The position numbers were made by a program, and so were the translations under genes. Positions 50,608 through 58,144 of a stretch of 58,144 bases of DNA are shown here, one piece after another (positions within the stretch are counted from its first letter, which is position 1; every line of letters begins with the position of its first letter). The notes under the pieces were generated by a model. It was not told the DNA's origin, searched no databases, and saw only the letters and a program-made list of their open reading frames with translations. Source of the DNA: a virus. The stretch spans positions 1 to 58,144 of the IMG/VR virus record IMGVR_UViG_3300034003_000001; one strand, given 5' to 3'.

Positions 50608-50636
50608 ATGTTACCCCTTATGTTTTGCGATTGCAA
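50608..50636 (-). promoter_or_regulatory. Candidate promoter (TTGCAA-17 nt-TAACAT) ending 6 nt before the ATG at 50601
   Basis: Read on the minus strand: TTGCAAtcgcaaaacataaggggTAACATtgtgtaATG. If it is functional, the transcript would be almost leaderless. Confidence 0.3.
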
Positions 50637-50674
50637 GCCGTGTGGATTTGGTACGAAATTGGGGCAAGTAAGGG

Positions 50675-50703
50675 TTGCATTTATATAACCCTTATGCTAT
50701 AAT
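50675..50703 (+). promoter_or_regulatory. Sigma70-type promoter P3 (TTGCAT-17 nt-TATAAT) driving plus-strand cassette 3
   Basis: TTGCAT at 50675-50680 and TATAAT at 50698-50703, with spacer ttatataacccttatgc. TAAGGGTT (50669-50676) and AACCCTTA (50687-50694) form an 8-bp inverted repeat around the -35. Confidence 0.75.
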
Positions 50704-50757
50704 GATTGCAGGCGGAACGCTTGGGGCCGTCGCAAGCAACAACAATGGAGGCACACA

Positions 50758-50973
50758 ATGGCAGATGAGATAGTACATACCGGGGAATTGAAAGTTGAGA
50801 TCGAGATGGGGGATTTTATCAAAGACTCCCTCCGCCCCTTTGTATGCGGCATTGTCCAGGGTGTACGCCCTTGTCGGCTTGGCAGGTCTAAGATTAGGGT
50901 GTATGACATAGAACTTGCGAACGGTTCTTGGGACGTGATTTTCGAGCCTAACGCGGAGTTCATAGCACGGTAA
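50758..50973 (+). CDS. Hypothetical protein (cassette 3, gene 1)
   Basis: 71-aa ORF with a CAACAACAATGGAGG leader 7 nt upstream. Confidence 0.65.
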   Translation: MADEIVHTGELKVEIEMGDFIKDSLRPFVCGIVQGVRPCRLGRSKIRVYDIELANGSWDVIFEPNAEFIAR

Positions 50974-51004
50974 CGGAGTCTCGGTAGTCAACACATCAAC
51001 AACA

Positions 51005-51211
51005 ATGGAGGTAAGTACGGTGGAATGCAATCACTTTTGGAATGAGGTTGCAAAACGCAACCAGCGGCATATAACTATGGAATGCGTGAATTGCGGCAAG
51101 GCTTTTCCCACAAACGTCAAAAACCCCAACTTTGACCCCGCGCTCGAAAAGGCGGACGGGCGCAAGACGGGCAAGCAATCGGAGGCTCGTGATGCCACGC
51201 AAGCAAAGTAA
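51005..51211 (+). CDS. Small zinc-ribbon protein (cassette 3, gene 2)
   Basis: 68 aa (CNH...CVNCG). The listed ATG is the one inside the CAACAATGGAGG leader, so the real start may be the in-frame GTG at 51020. Confidence 0.6.
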   Translation: MEVSTVECNHFWNEVAKRNQRHITMECVNCGKAFPTNVKNPNFDPALEKADGRKTGKQSEARDATQAK

Positions 51212-51761
51212 CAAGGCCCCGCAATCGAGCACGTTTCACAAAATCAGCCGCCGGGATGCGGAGGCGTGGCGGCAAAGCGCACATCTCAAGGTGACACCGG
51301 ATTGCGCCCAAAGAATCATCCTAACAAGGCAGGCGCGGTGTAGGGAATGCGGCGGGGCAATGCCCGTTGGCACGCCCGCACTTACATTTTACCAGGAACC
51401 TTCGGGGTCCGCGTTCCGAGGCGAAGTCAAGATGTACATCCATGAGTCTGCGGTCGATTGTGTACATCCACCCGATGAACCGGAGGTACGGGCACAAGCC
51501 TATTTAGACACTCAAAAGCGGTACGACTTTACAAAGGACCACGTAGGTTTATGGGCCTATGACTACAAGGTTGTAGTGTGCCCTGTGTGCCACCGTAAAG
51601 GCGGCATGAGGCACTTGCTAGGTGGTAAGCGTCTGTTTGTACATACGGCGCGTTTAGTCGAGGCTACGGGCATTATAGAGGGCGGGGTCATGGTTCGGCC
51701 TATAGACCAATGCGTACTGAATGCGGACGGCACGGGCGGGAACGTAGTCAAAGAGGTCTAA
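51192..51761 (+). CDS. Hypothetical Cys-rich protein (cassette 3, gene 3)
   Basis: The track ORF begins at 51132. ATG 51192 lies 6 nt after GGAGG. About 189 aa, with CRECGG and CPVCH pairs. Confidence 0.65.
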   Translation: MPRKQSNKAPQSSTFHKISRRDAEAWRQSAHLKVTPDCAQRIILTRQARCRECGGAMPVGTPALTFYQEPSGSAFRGEVKMYIHESAVDCVHPPDEPEVRAQAYLDTQKRYDFTKDHVGLWAYDYKVVVCPVCHRKGGMRHLLGGKRLFVHTARLVEATGIIEGGVMVRPIDQCVLNADGTGGNVVKEV

Positions 51762-51803
51762 TCGAACAACTATCTCATCAAGTAGCAATGGAGGATTTAG
51801 ACA

Positions 51804-52331
51804 ATGGGTAGAGAAATCAGACGCGTGCCGCCCGATTGGGAGCACCCAAGATACACGGAGGAAACAGCCTCCGGTTATCGTGAACCGGGATCGTACATGC
51901 CCCTTTTTGACAGCGATTACGATAGTGCGGCGGAGGACTGGATAAGGAACTTCGAGCTATGGCAAAAGGGGAAGCACCCGGAACAGGACAAATCGTACAA
52001 CCAGGATACCAAGTATTACTGGGAATACGACAGCCCGCCCGACCCCGAATATCACCGCACCCGCAAATGGACGCCGGAGGAGGCTACGGCCTATCAGGTC
52101 TACTCGACAGTTAGTGAGGGCACCCCCGTAAGCCCGGTGTTCGAGACGACGGAAGCCCTGCAACAGTGGCTTGTAGAACAAGGTCACAGCGAACACGCCG
52201 CCGCCCGCTTCATTGAAACAGGTTGGGCACCGTCCGGTATGGCCCTTCTTTCGCCTGCAACTGGTCAAAGGACGTACGCCAGCAATGTAGATGTTTACGA
52301 CCTGATGCAGGGCGGGGAACTCGGACAGTGA
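51804..52331 (+). CDS. Hypothetical acidic, aromatic-rich protein (cassette 3, gene 4)
   Basis: 175-aa ORF with a GCAATGGAGG leader. It is rich in D/E/W/Y. Confidence 0.7.
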   Translation: MGREIRRVPPDWEHPRYTEETASGYREPGSYMPLFDSDYDSAAEDWIRNFELWQKGKHPEQDKSYNQDTKYYWEYDSPPDPEYHRTRKWTPEEATAYQVYSTVSEGTPVSPVFETTEALQQWLVEQGHSEHAAARFIETGWAPSGMALLSPATGQRTYASNVDVYDLMQGGELGQ

Positions 52332-52528
52332 GCGTTTTCAGGTTCCAGGTTGGCGACAAAGTGCAAGTGTGGGATGGAGGTACAAAGTGGGTAAACGCAA
52401 CCATAATCCACTCCGCATTCGTATACCTGAATCATATTGGCGTGGTACCGGCATACCTAATACTCATACCTGGCAAGGTGGTTGAGGAATGGTGCCCGAT
52501 AGAGGATGTACGTGCACGGCCCGGTTAG
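52328..52528 (+). CDS. Small hypothetical protein (cassette 3, gene 5)
   Basis: GTG 52328 overlaps the upstream TGA (GTGA). About 66 aa. FQVGDKVQVWDGGTKWVNATI suggests an SH3/Tudor-like small beta domain; this is inference only. Confidence 0.5.
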   Translation: MSVFRFQVGDKVQVWDGGTKWVNATIIHSAFVYLNHIGVVPAYLILIPGKVVEEWCPIEDVRARPG

Positions 52529-52544
52529 CCGATAGCATAGTAAC

Positions 52545-52590
52545 AAAAGAGGGGCCGGGATGCACTTACAGCACCCCGGCCCCTCTTTAT
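52545..52590. terminator. Bidirectional intrinsic terminator between cassette 3 and the end of the tail operon
   Basis: aaaagaggggccggg-loop-cccggcccctctttatt: a 12-bp GC-rich stem with an A-run and a T-run. It lies between plus stop 52528 and minus stop 52619. Confidence 0.8.
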
Positions 52591-52618
52591 TAGAGCTACA
52601 AGCGGGTAGTTTCCGGGG

Positions 52619-52906
52619 TTACGTTGTGACCGGGCTTGAGGCGCGCCGCATGATGCCCACAACCCAAGACAGCGGGATGATAGCACCCTTGCCCGTGCCG
52701 TCGTCCAGGTGGAGCACGCGCTTGCCCGCTTGCGTAGCGAGTCGCTTGACCATGAACCGCCCGCCCTCTCCCTCGTTGTTCGGCCCCAAATAGGCGACCT
52801 CATCCCCCGGCTTGGGCAAGGGCCATGCGGAACTCGACCCCTCCGCCTCGAGGGGATCATCCGGGAACAAGGGCTTACGTGCCCCATTGCCGCTCTTGTC
52901 GCTCAT
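52619..52906 (-). CDS. Hypothetical protein (last gene of the tail operon)
   Basis: 95-aa ORF with a GGAGG 9 nt upstream. Confidence 0.6.
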   Translation of the reverse strand: MSDKSGNGARKPLFPDDPLEAEGSSSAWPLPKPGDEVAYLGPNNEGEGGRFMVKRLATQAGKRVLHLDDGTGKGAIIPLSWVVGIMRRASSPVTT

Positions 52907-52960
52907 GCTGGTAATACCTCCGGCAAGTATAGGACTGTAGCTACCCAGTTGCCTAGCTAC

Positions 52961-55900
52961 TTAGTTACGATAACTCCACCAGTCCCATTGTGCAAGTTTC
53001 TCGTTGACGCCGGAGGCGTAGAGCGTGAATATCCCCGCCCCGCTGATACGCTTCCCGTACAAGGCCAACGTCGCGGACGCGCCCGCCGGGATCGTGCCCT
53101 GAATGGACGCTATGCCGCTTATGGTCACTTGCGACCCTAGCCCCTCGTGGAAATTGTCGTCCCCCCACGCTGAATTGAACGTGCCAGACACAATGCCGAT
53201 GCCCGTCGCCCCGGCGGTACTGGGGTCCACGTTACCGGAATATCGGTACTGCATGACCACGCGGATGGGGCCGGAGGCCGGGGCGGTTATCGTAATGTCC
53301 GTGCCCGCGACTTTGGCCCAACTGCTACTAACGGAGGCAAAGTTGGCACCTTGCGCCGTCGCCCGCCCCTTGTTCGAGCTATAGAACAGGCCGGGGATGT
53401 GTGCGGCAAGCTGAGTGGGACCGACCCCGCCGGGCGCGATGGAATAGGTGTAGCTACCCGCCGCGTCGTCATAGAGTTCGGCCATCCCGGTACCGGGCAC
53501 AAGTAGTGTGGCTACGCGGTCATCCACCGACTCGTTGAACGATGTGGGTGGTAGGCGGGTGTCGTCACCAATCACAAACTCGGTTGAGGTGGCGTTCGCA
53601 CCTGCTAGGGGCACGCCCGCTATAGCTTCTTTCGGTACTTTAGGCCCCGCGTAAATCTTATCGAAGTACACGGTTAGAGGCGCGGATAGGCTACCCAGCG
53701 GGTTTGTCGCAAGCTTTATCTGTACATACTTGTGCGTAGCAGGTAACGGCGCTCCGCCGCCCCTAACAATGGTCCACGTAGTTACGTCGTTTAGTGCGAT
53801 ACTACCGCTAGAACCGATGTAGTTCTTGTTCACATCGTAATACAGGAACTGGTACGTCCCATAAGCATCCGCCCCTGTGCGGTTCATCTTGTAGCTGAGT
53901 TCTATATAGAAATCAGCGCCGCTGGGGATTGGGTAAATCTCGGACAACCATTGAGCATACGACCCCGACCCGGTTCCGCGTGACGCGCTGATAGAGCGGG
54001 ACCCGGAAGCCGCGTCCCCATTTTCCCAAGCAAAAGTACCGCCACCCGTCGCGCTGGGGGTCCAGTCAGCGGGCATGGTAACATTGAGCGGGTCGGGCCG
54101 CTCCACATCGCCATTGGGGGGGGATGCAGAGGCAGGGTACGAGCCGATGGCCGTAGTCGGGACTTGTGCGCTATAGTTGCCTACCATGCCGTACACGTCA
54201 ATACTCGCCACACTAAAGAGAAGTGTCGCAAATGCGGCTACTGTCGCCACGAATGTCTTTGTCCTGTTTGTTCGCCTAGTTTCCACCGTAGTTATGCCCT
54301 CCAATGTAGTGACTATTAGAGTGCCCTCATAGTCTAAAGCACCCTGTACCTCATCCCAAACGAATTCAACCATAACGGCTTTTTCGTCTGGTAGCCACGT
54401 CATTCCTCCCAGCACGACGTTTGACGGGGGGAGTATACTAACTATATTAGCGGTTGTCAAGTTAATTGCGACAGACGGTTTAGACGTGTTGCCGTTGTAA
54501 TCTTCCGTCTCATTCCACGCGACATAGGACGCACCCGGCTTTAGTCCACGTACAGTACCCTTGCCGGAACCGGGGAGTGCCGGGGCGCGTTGGACGTTGC
54601 CACGATCCCCGAACTGCGCCAGCACGTTTATCCACACAACCTTTACATCCGCGCCGGGGTCCGTGAACGTAAAGTTCTGGGCAACCGTATCCACAGAGTC
54701 CCGGTACGAGTCCGCCGTCGCGAAGTTTTGAGCGGGGGGCGGGTCGATTTCGTCTATGTCGGGAACCTTGAGCGCGACTCCGAACTCGGTATCCGCGAAT
54801 TCGTAAGCGGACTCGCCTACAATGAGAGTTCGCAAACCCTCGACTTTGCCGGGGCGGACCTCTTGGATTACTTGCAGGACGGGGGGAGTCCAGCCAAAAT
54901 GGGTATTCTCCACCGGGACCTTATGGCCCCGCTCGTAACCCCATGACGCATCCACGTTGTAAAGTTCCGTAGTGATGCGGGGCCTCGAAAAGACGGCAAG
55001 TAGCCCGTCCGCCCACGCCTTGCGCTTGGCGTACGTGTCCAATTCGGGCTTTCGGATGACGGAGCGCGCCCACTTGGGGCCGTAATCGTCAATAGATGCG
55101 GGGTCCGTGAACACGTCATACGAAAACCGCCTATAGGTAACGTTATTGAACGAGGCCCCAACGTGATAAAGGGCCGTGTCAACGTACATGGGCGTGGCGT
55201 CGAGGTCTTGGCTTACGGTTACGGAGTGGTGAGGGTTGCCGCGTTGTGCCCCCTGTATGCCTAAAGCTGGGATGTGGTAAAAATGCAGGCGCAAGACCGG
55301 GGCCGCGCCCGCTGTCAAGACTTCGCGCCGGGCCTCGATTTGCAGTTCATCCCCAACGTTTATGCTTAGTGCCGTCCCAACCTCAACGCCCGCAACCACG
55401 GGGCGCGCCGTGCGGTCCGTCTTGATATTCCAGGCATAGCCAAAGTCGGAAAGTATGGTTGTGCTATTGTCGAGGGCAAACCCTATGATACGAGCCGTGT
55501 AGTTCTGGTAGACTCCAAAGTTCTTGAACGACACGCCGGACGTGACGGCGGCGGCGGAGGCGGCTATGCCTTGTGATGTTGCGCCTATAAACTGCGACTC
55601 GTTTATGTCGTCCACAGCCTGAATGGGCACGTTGTTGCGGTATACGGTTATGAGGTTGTCGCGGGCCGCGATCTTTACGTAATCGTTGTTGGTAAAGGAT
55701 GCGTTAAGCACGGCGTTGGAGTACGTCTTTACGACCGTCTCAACGCCCGCGACACGCTTTACGACGCGGCAACCGGAGGCCGGGCCCAAGCACTCCCAGT
55801 AGAGCATATTCGCTTCGTCTATGTAACGCACCAAGAGGCGCGCACCCGCGACGGCAAGGGGTAATTGTGCCTCGACTATGACGGACGACCCTACGCCCGA

Positions 55901-57829
55901 ATCGAGCACCAGCGACCCCGCCGCCGTGGGCTTTAGAGCGTTACTTGCCACGATCCACGCGCCCGCGCCCGTGCGCCACGGTTGCCCGGTTTCAGCGTTG
56001 CCGGGTATAAACCCGTTGGGGCGGTTGGCGGTGTCGGAGGCAACCCGGCGTTGCTCGATCTTGAAACTTAGGATGCCGCCGTCCCGGTTGAGTAAGTCCG
56101 TCGAGCGCGCGCCCGCATTCCACGTTTCCTCGACCCAAGTTATCGTATTATCTACAACCGTCCCACCCGCCGTTGTAGGCCACGTACCCGGCTCTGAGGC
56201 CCCGGTGGTACCGGAGTTTTGCGCGCGGTAATGCCGCCCGTTGGGGTTGGCTTTGGGTCTGCGGTATTCCCCGGCATTTACAGCGGTTGAGGCCGCCCAC
56301 TGTGGCACGTCCGTCTTGGTTACACCGCCCGCCTCCGTCGATGCGTTCTTTACGCGCGTGGACTCCCACTGCACGGGCGCGGGGTCGGAGCCGGGCCCCT
56401 CTATGGGGACCATGTTCACCATGAGGCCGTAATCGCGGAACCGCTGATAACCCCGGTACTTGCGGGCCGTCGAGGTAAAGGATGGGTTATCGAACCGGAC
56501 GTTGGCCGAAATGATGGACGGGGCGTGCCCGATGCCAAAGTACGTGCGCGTAAGGCCGTTAGCGATCACATCCGCCGCATTCGGGGTAAACGAGCCCACA
56601 ACCACGCCCGCCCGCACGATCTCAAACAGCATATACGAACCTTTACAGGTAACGCGCACTCGGTCCCCCGCCGTGGGCACGACAGAGTTAGAGATAAAGC
56701 CCAAACTACCGCTCGATGCTTCCCATCGACGCCATATCTCGTAACGATTGGAGGAATGGGGCCAAATGACTATGCCGCCCTCTTTGTTAGTTGAGCCGCC
56801 CACGGTTTTCCACGCCCGCGCGAATACCAGCGGGCCGGACAACTGCATAGCCGGTAGCTCTATCTCCCAAGTGCCATCCGCGACGCCCATATCCCACATT
56901 GCCGTGTAGATTTGACCCGCTGGTAACGCCCCCGCCGTAACGAGTTTCGCTTTGCCCGACTCCGTGCCCCAAACCCCGGCCCAATGCTCCGCCTTGTGGC
57001 CGCTCGGGGAAATGCCAAGTCCCGAATTGAGGTTTACGCCCCGCTCGAAATCATCCCAAAAGAACAGGGTTTGGGCGTTGCGGCGGTTGGTAAGGGGGAT
57101 GGCGTACTGGGGTCCCGTCAACCCCTCGTAAAAGTGTAGGACCCGGATGAATTTATTACCCACGGAACCGGGGTTATTCGGGTCCGCCCACTGTAGCGTT
57201 ACGTAATGCCGCCTCGACGTCACGCCCCGCCCCAACCCATCTTGCCCGCTCTTGTTGGCCGTGGTTGCTTCCCACGTTTTGAGGATAGCGTTCACGTTTT
57301 CCCGGCGGAACGTCTGGACGGGCGTATTCAGGTAATCGACAAAGGGGCCCTCAACGTAGGTGTGGGCGTCCCACATCCCGGCCTCGTACAGCCCGGAATC
57401 CTCAAACAACCACTCGATACGGTCCCGGTCATAGCGGAGCAGGGCGGGGTCAAAGTGCAAGAGCGTTGCGGTTACGTTTTCCTCTTTATCGACGCCCTCC
57501 AAAAGCACGTTGTAACGCACGCCGCCGGGCGCGGCTATATCGTAAATACCCCGGATGACGCCGGAGGGTTTGTACCGGATGCCGGACGTGCCCACTCCCC
57601 CAACGCCCCATTGCTCGTAATACAAGATTTCTTGCCCGCCGCGCAACTGCACGGGAAGCGGCGCTTTGGTTTTGGAATGGTACGGCTCGACGTGCAACCC
57701 CAATTGGTCCGTTTGGCCCGGCCCGGCGGCAATCTCTTGCGTGGGGTACTTGGAAACCCAACCCGATATTTCCGTAAACGCGCCCGTACCCCAACGGTCC
57801 CAATGCCACACTACGCCTTTAGAACTCAT
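52961..57829 (-). CDS. Giant distal tail / host-recognition protein (1622 aa)
   Basis: It is the single long ORF directly after the tape measure gene, whose stop it overlaps by 11 nt. It contains the GTTGASEPGTWP...VDNTITW motif shared with the major tail protein. The C-terminal roughly 550 aa are encoded by visibly lower-GC DNA and look like jelly-roll or carbohydrate-binding modules; that is inference. Confidence 0.7.
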   Translation of the reverse strand: MSSKGVVWHWDRWGTGAFTEISGWVSKYPTQEIAAGPGQTDQLGLHVEPYHSKTKAPLPVQLRGGQEILYYEQWGVGGVGTSGIRYKPSGVIRGIYDIAAPGGVRYNVLLEGVDKEENVTATLLHFDPALLRYDRDRIEWLFEDSGLYEAGMWDAHTYVEGPFVDYLNTPVQTFRRENVNAILKTWEATTANKSGQDGLGRGVTSRRHYVTLQWADPNNPGSVGNKFIRVLHFYEGLTGPQYAIPLTNRRNAQTLFFWDDFERGVNLNSGLGISPSGHKAEHWAGVWGTESGKAKLVTAGALPAGQIYTAMWDMGVADGTWEIELPAMQLSGPLVFARAWKTVGGSTNKEGGIVIWPHSSNRYEIWRRWEASSGSLGFISNSVVPTAGDRVRVTCKGSYMLFEIVRAGVVVGSFTPNAADVIANGLTRTYFGIGHAPSIISANVRFDNPSFTSTARKYRGYQRFRDYGLMVNMVPIEGPGSDPAPVQWESTRVKNASTEAGGVTKTDVPQWAASTAVNAGEYRRPKANPNGRHYRAQNSGTTGASEPGTWPTTAGGTVVDNTITWVEETWNAGARSTDLLNRDGGILSFKIEQRRVASDTANRPNGFIPGNAETGQPWRTGAGAWIVASNALKPTAAGSLVLDSGVGSSVIVEAQLPLAVAGARLLVRYIDEANMLYWECLGPASGCRVVKRVAGVETVVKTYSNAVLNASFTNNDYVKIAARDNLITVYRNNVPIQAVDDINESQFIGATSQGIAASAAAVTSGVSFKNFGVYQNYTARIIGFALDNSTTILSDFGYAWNIKTDRTARPVVAGVEVGTALSINVGDELQIEARREVLTAGAAPVLRLHFYHIPALGIQGAQRGNPHHSVTVSQDLDATPMYVDTALYHVGASFNNVTYRRFSYDVFTDPASIDDYGPKWARSVIRKPELDTYAKRKAWADGLLAVFSRPRITTELYNVDASWGYERGHKVPVENTHFGWTPPVLQVIQEVRPGKVEGLRTLIVGESAYEFADTEFGVALKVPDIDEIDPPPAQNFATADSYRDSVDTVAQNFTFTDPGADVKVVWINVLAQFGDRGNVQRAPALPGSGKGTVRGLKPGASYVAWNETEDYNGNTSKPSVAINLTTANIVSILPPSNVVLGGMTWLPDEKAVMVEFVWDEVQGALDYEGTLIVTTLEGITTVETRRTNRTKTFVATVAAFATLLFSVASIDVYGMVGNYSAQVPTTAIGSYPASASPPNGDVERPDPLNVTMPADWTPSATGGGTFAWENGDAASGSRSISASRGTGSGSYAQWLSEIYPIPSGADFYIELSYKMNRTGADAYGTYQFLYYDVNKNYIGSSGSIALNDVTTWTIVRGGGAPLPATHKYVQIKLATNPLGSLSAPLTVYFDKIYAGPKVPKEAIAGVPLAGANATSTEFVIGDDTRLPPTSFNESVDDRVATLLVPGTGMAELYDDAAGSYTYSIAPGGVGPTQLAAHIPGLFYSSNKGRATAQGANFASVSSSWAKVAGTDITITAPASGPIRVVMQYRYSGNVDPSTAGATGIGIVSGTFNSAWGDDNFHEGLGSQVTISGIASIQGTIPAGASATLALYGKRISGAGIFTLYASGVNEKLAQWDWWSYRN

Positions 57830-58144
57830 TGAACTCTAACCCCCTGTTATCGCTTACCTTTTTGCGCCCGATCTGCTGTAAGAGCGTACGCACGCCCACG
57901 GGCGCGGTTACGTTCACGTTGTAATATTGGTCCCCGCCGGACCCGCCTCCATACCCGCCTCCGCCCATAATACCACTGTTTGCGCGTGACGGTTGGCCCC
58001 CACCCAGGATACCGAATAAAGCGGCGTCCGGCCCCGTGCGGAACGGCTCGACGCCGCCCGGAGGCGGGGGCGGTAGAGGCGGCGGTTGCTGGTTGCCGCC
58101 CGGAGGTACGTACGGTGGCGGGGATGTATTGCCGCCCGGAGGCG
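57819..58144 (-). CDS. Tape measure protein, C-terminal segment (58018..58144 duplicates 1..127)
   Basis: The frame is continuous through the repeat: ...PPGGNTSPPPYVPPGGNQQPPPLPPPPPGGVEPFRTGPDAALFGILGGGQPSRANSGIMGGGGYGGGSGGDQYYNVNVTAPVGVRTLLQQIGRKKVSDNRGLEFNEF, then a TAA at 57819..57821. Confidence 0.85.
   Translation of the reverse strand, partial: PPGGNTSPPPYVPPGGNQQPPPLPPPPPGGVEPFRTGPDAALFGILGGGQPSRANSGIMGGGGYGGGSGGDQYYNVNVTAPVGVRTLLQQIGRKKVSDNRGLEFNEF
58018..58144. repeat. Direct terminal repeat copy B (identical to 1..127)
   Basis: See copy A; 127/127 identity read directly. Confidence 0.95.

Noticed and set aside
52961-57829. A diversity-generating retroelement targeting the giant tail protein.
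   Set aside because: No reverse transcriptase-like ORF exists anywhere in the genome. I found no template/variable repeat pair near the 3' end of the gene.
58018-58144. The 127-bp end repeat as a biological direct terminal repeat or cos-type end.
   Set aside because: It falls in the middle of the tape measure reading frame, which reads through it seamlessly. Its length equals a common maximum assembler k-mer. The true packaging ends cannot be inferred from this sequence.

Overview
This window is one complete, circularly assembled tailed dsDNA phage genome of siphovirus type. Bases 1-127 recur exactly at 58018-58144, so the unit genome is 58,017 bp. GC is roughly 60% by eye.

Nearly everything is transcribed on the minus strand, in three blocks:
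- Early, replication and recombination block (45413 down to 22761): a giant multi-zinc-ribbon protein, an HNH homing endonuclease, an XRE regulator, a Rad52-like annealing protein, a replisome organizer with an internal iteron array, RusA, RNase H and a DNA methyltransferase.
- Packaging, head and tail block (22751 down through position 1 and on to 52619): small and large terminase, portal, an SLH-domain protein, a MuF-like protein, scaffold, a DUF2190-like protein, major capsid, connector proteins, major tail protein, a G/G-T chaperone pair with a -1 frameshift, tape measure, and a 1622-aa distal tail/receptor-binding protein.
- Lysis and late block (50601 down to 45726): membrane proteins and an AmpD/PGRP-type amidase.

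The largest gene, a roughly 1637-aa tape measure protein, is absent from the supplied ORF track because it crosses the contig junction.

Three lower-GC cassettes run on the plus strand against the main transcription direction (4987-5457, 14600-15352, 50758-52528). Each has a near-identical sigma70-type promoter with a conserved spacer and ends at a hairpin terminator. All of their products are uncharacterised.

Other recurring non-coding signals:
- a palindromic iteron family;
- a dispersed 17-nt motif;
- short intergenic tandem repeats;
- operator-like palindromes over promoters;
- a conserved CAACAATGGAGG translation leader.

I found no integrase, tRNA, rRNA, CRISPR array, DNA polymerase, helicase or primase. 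Family assignments rest on motifs I read in the translations and have not been checked against any database.
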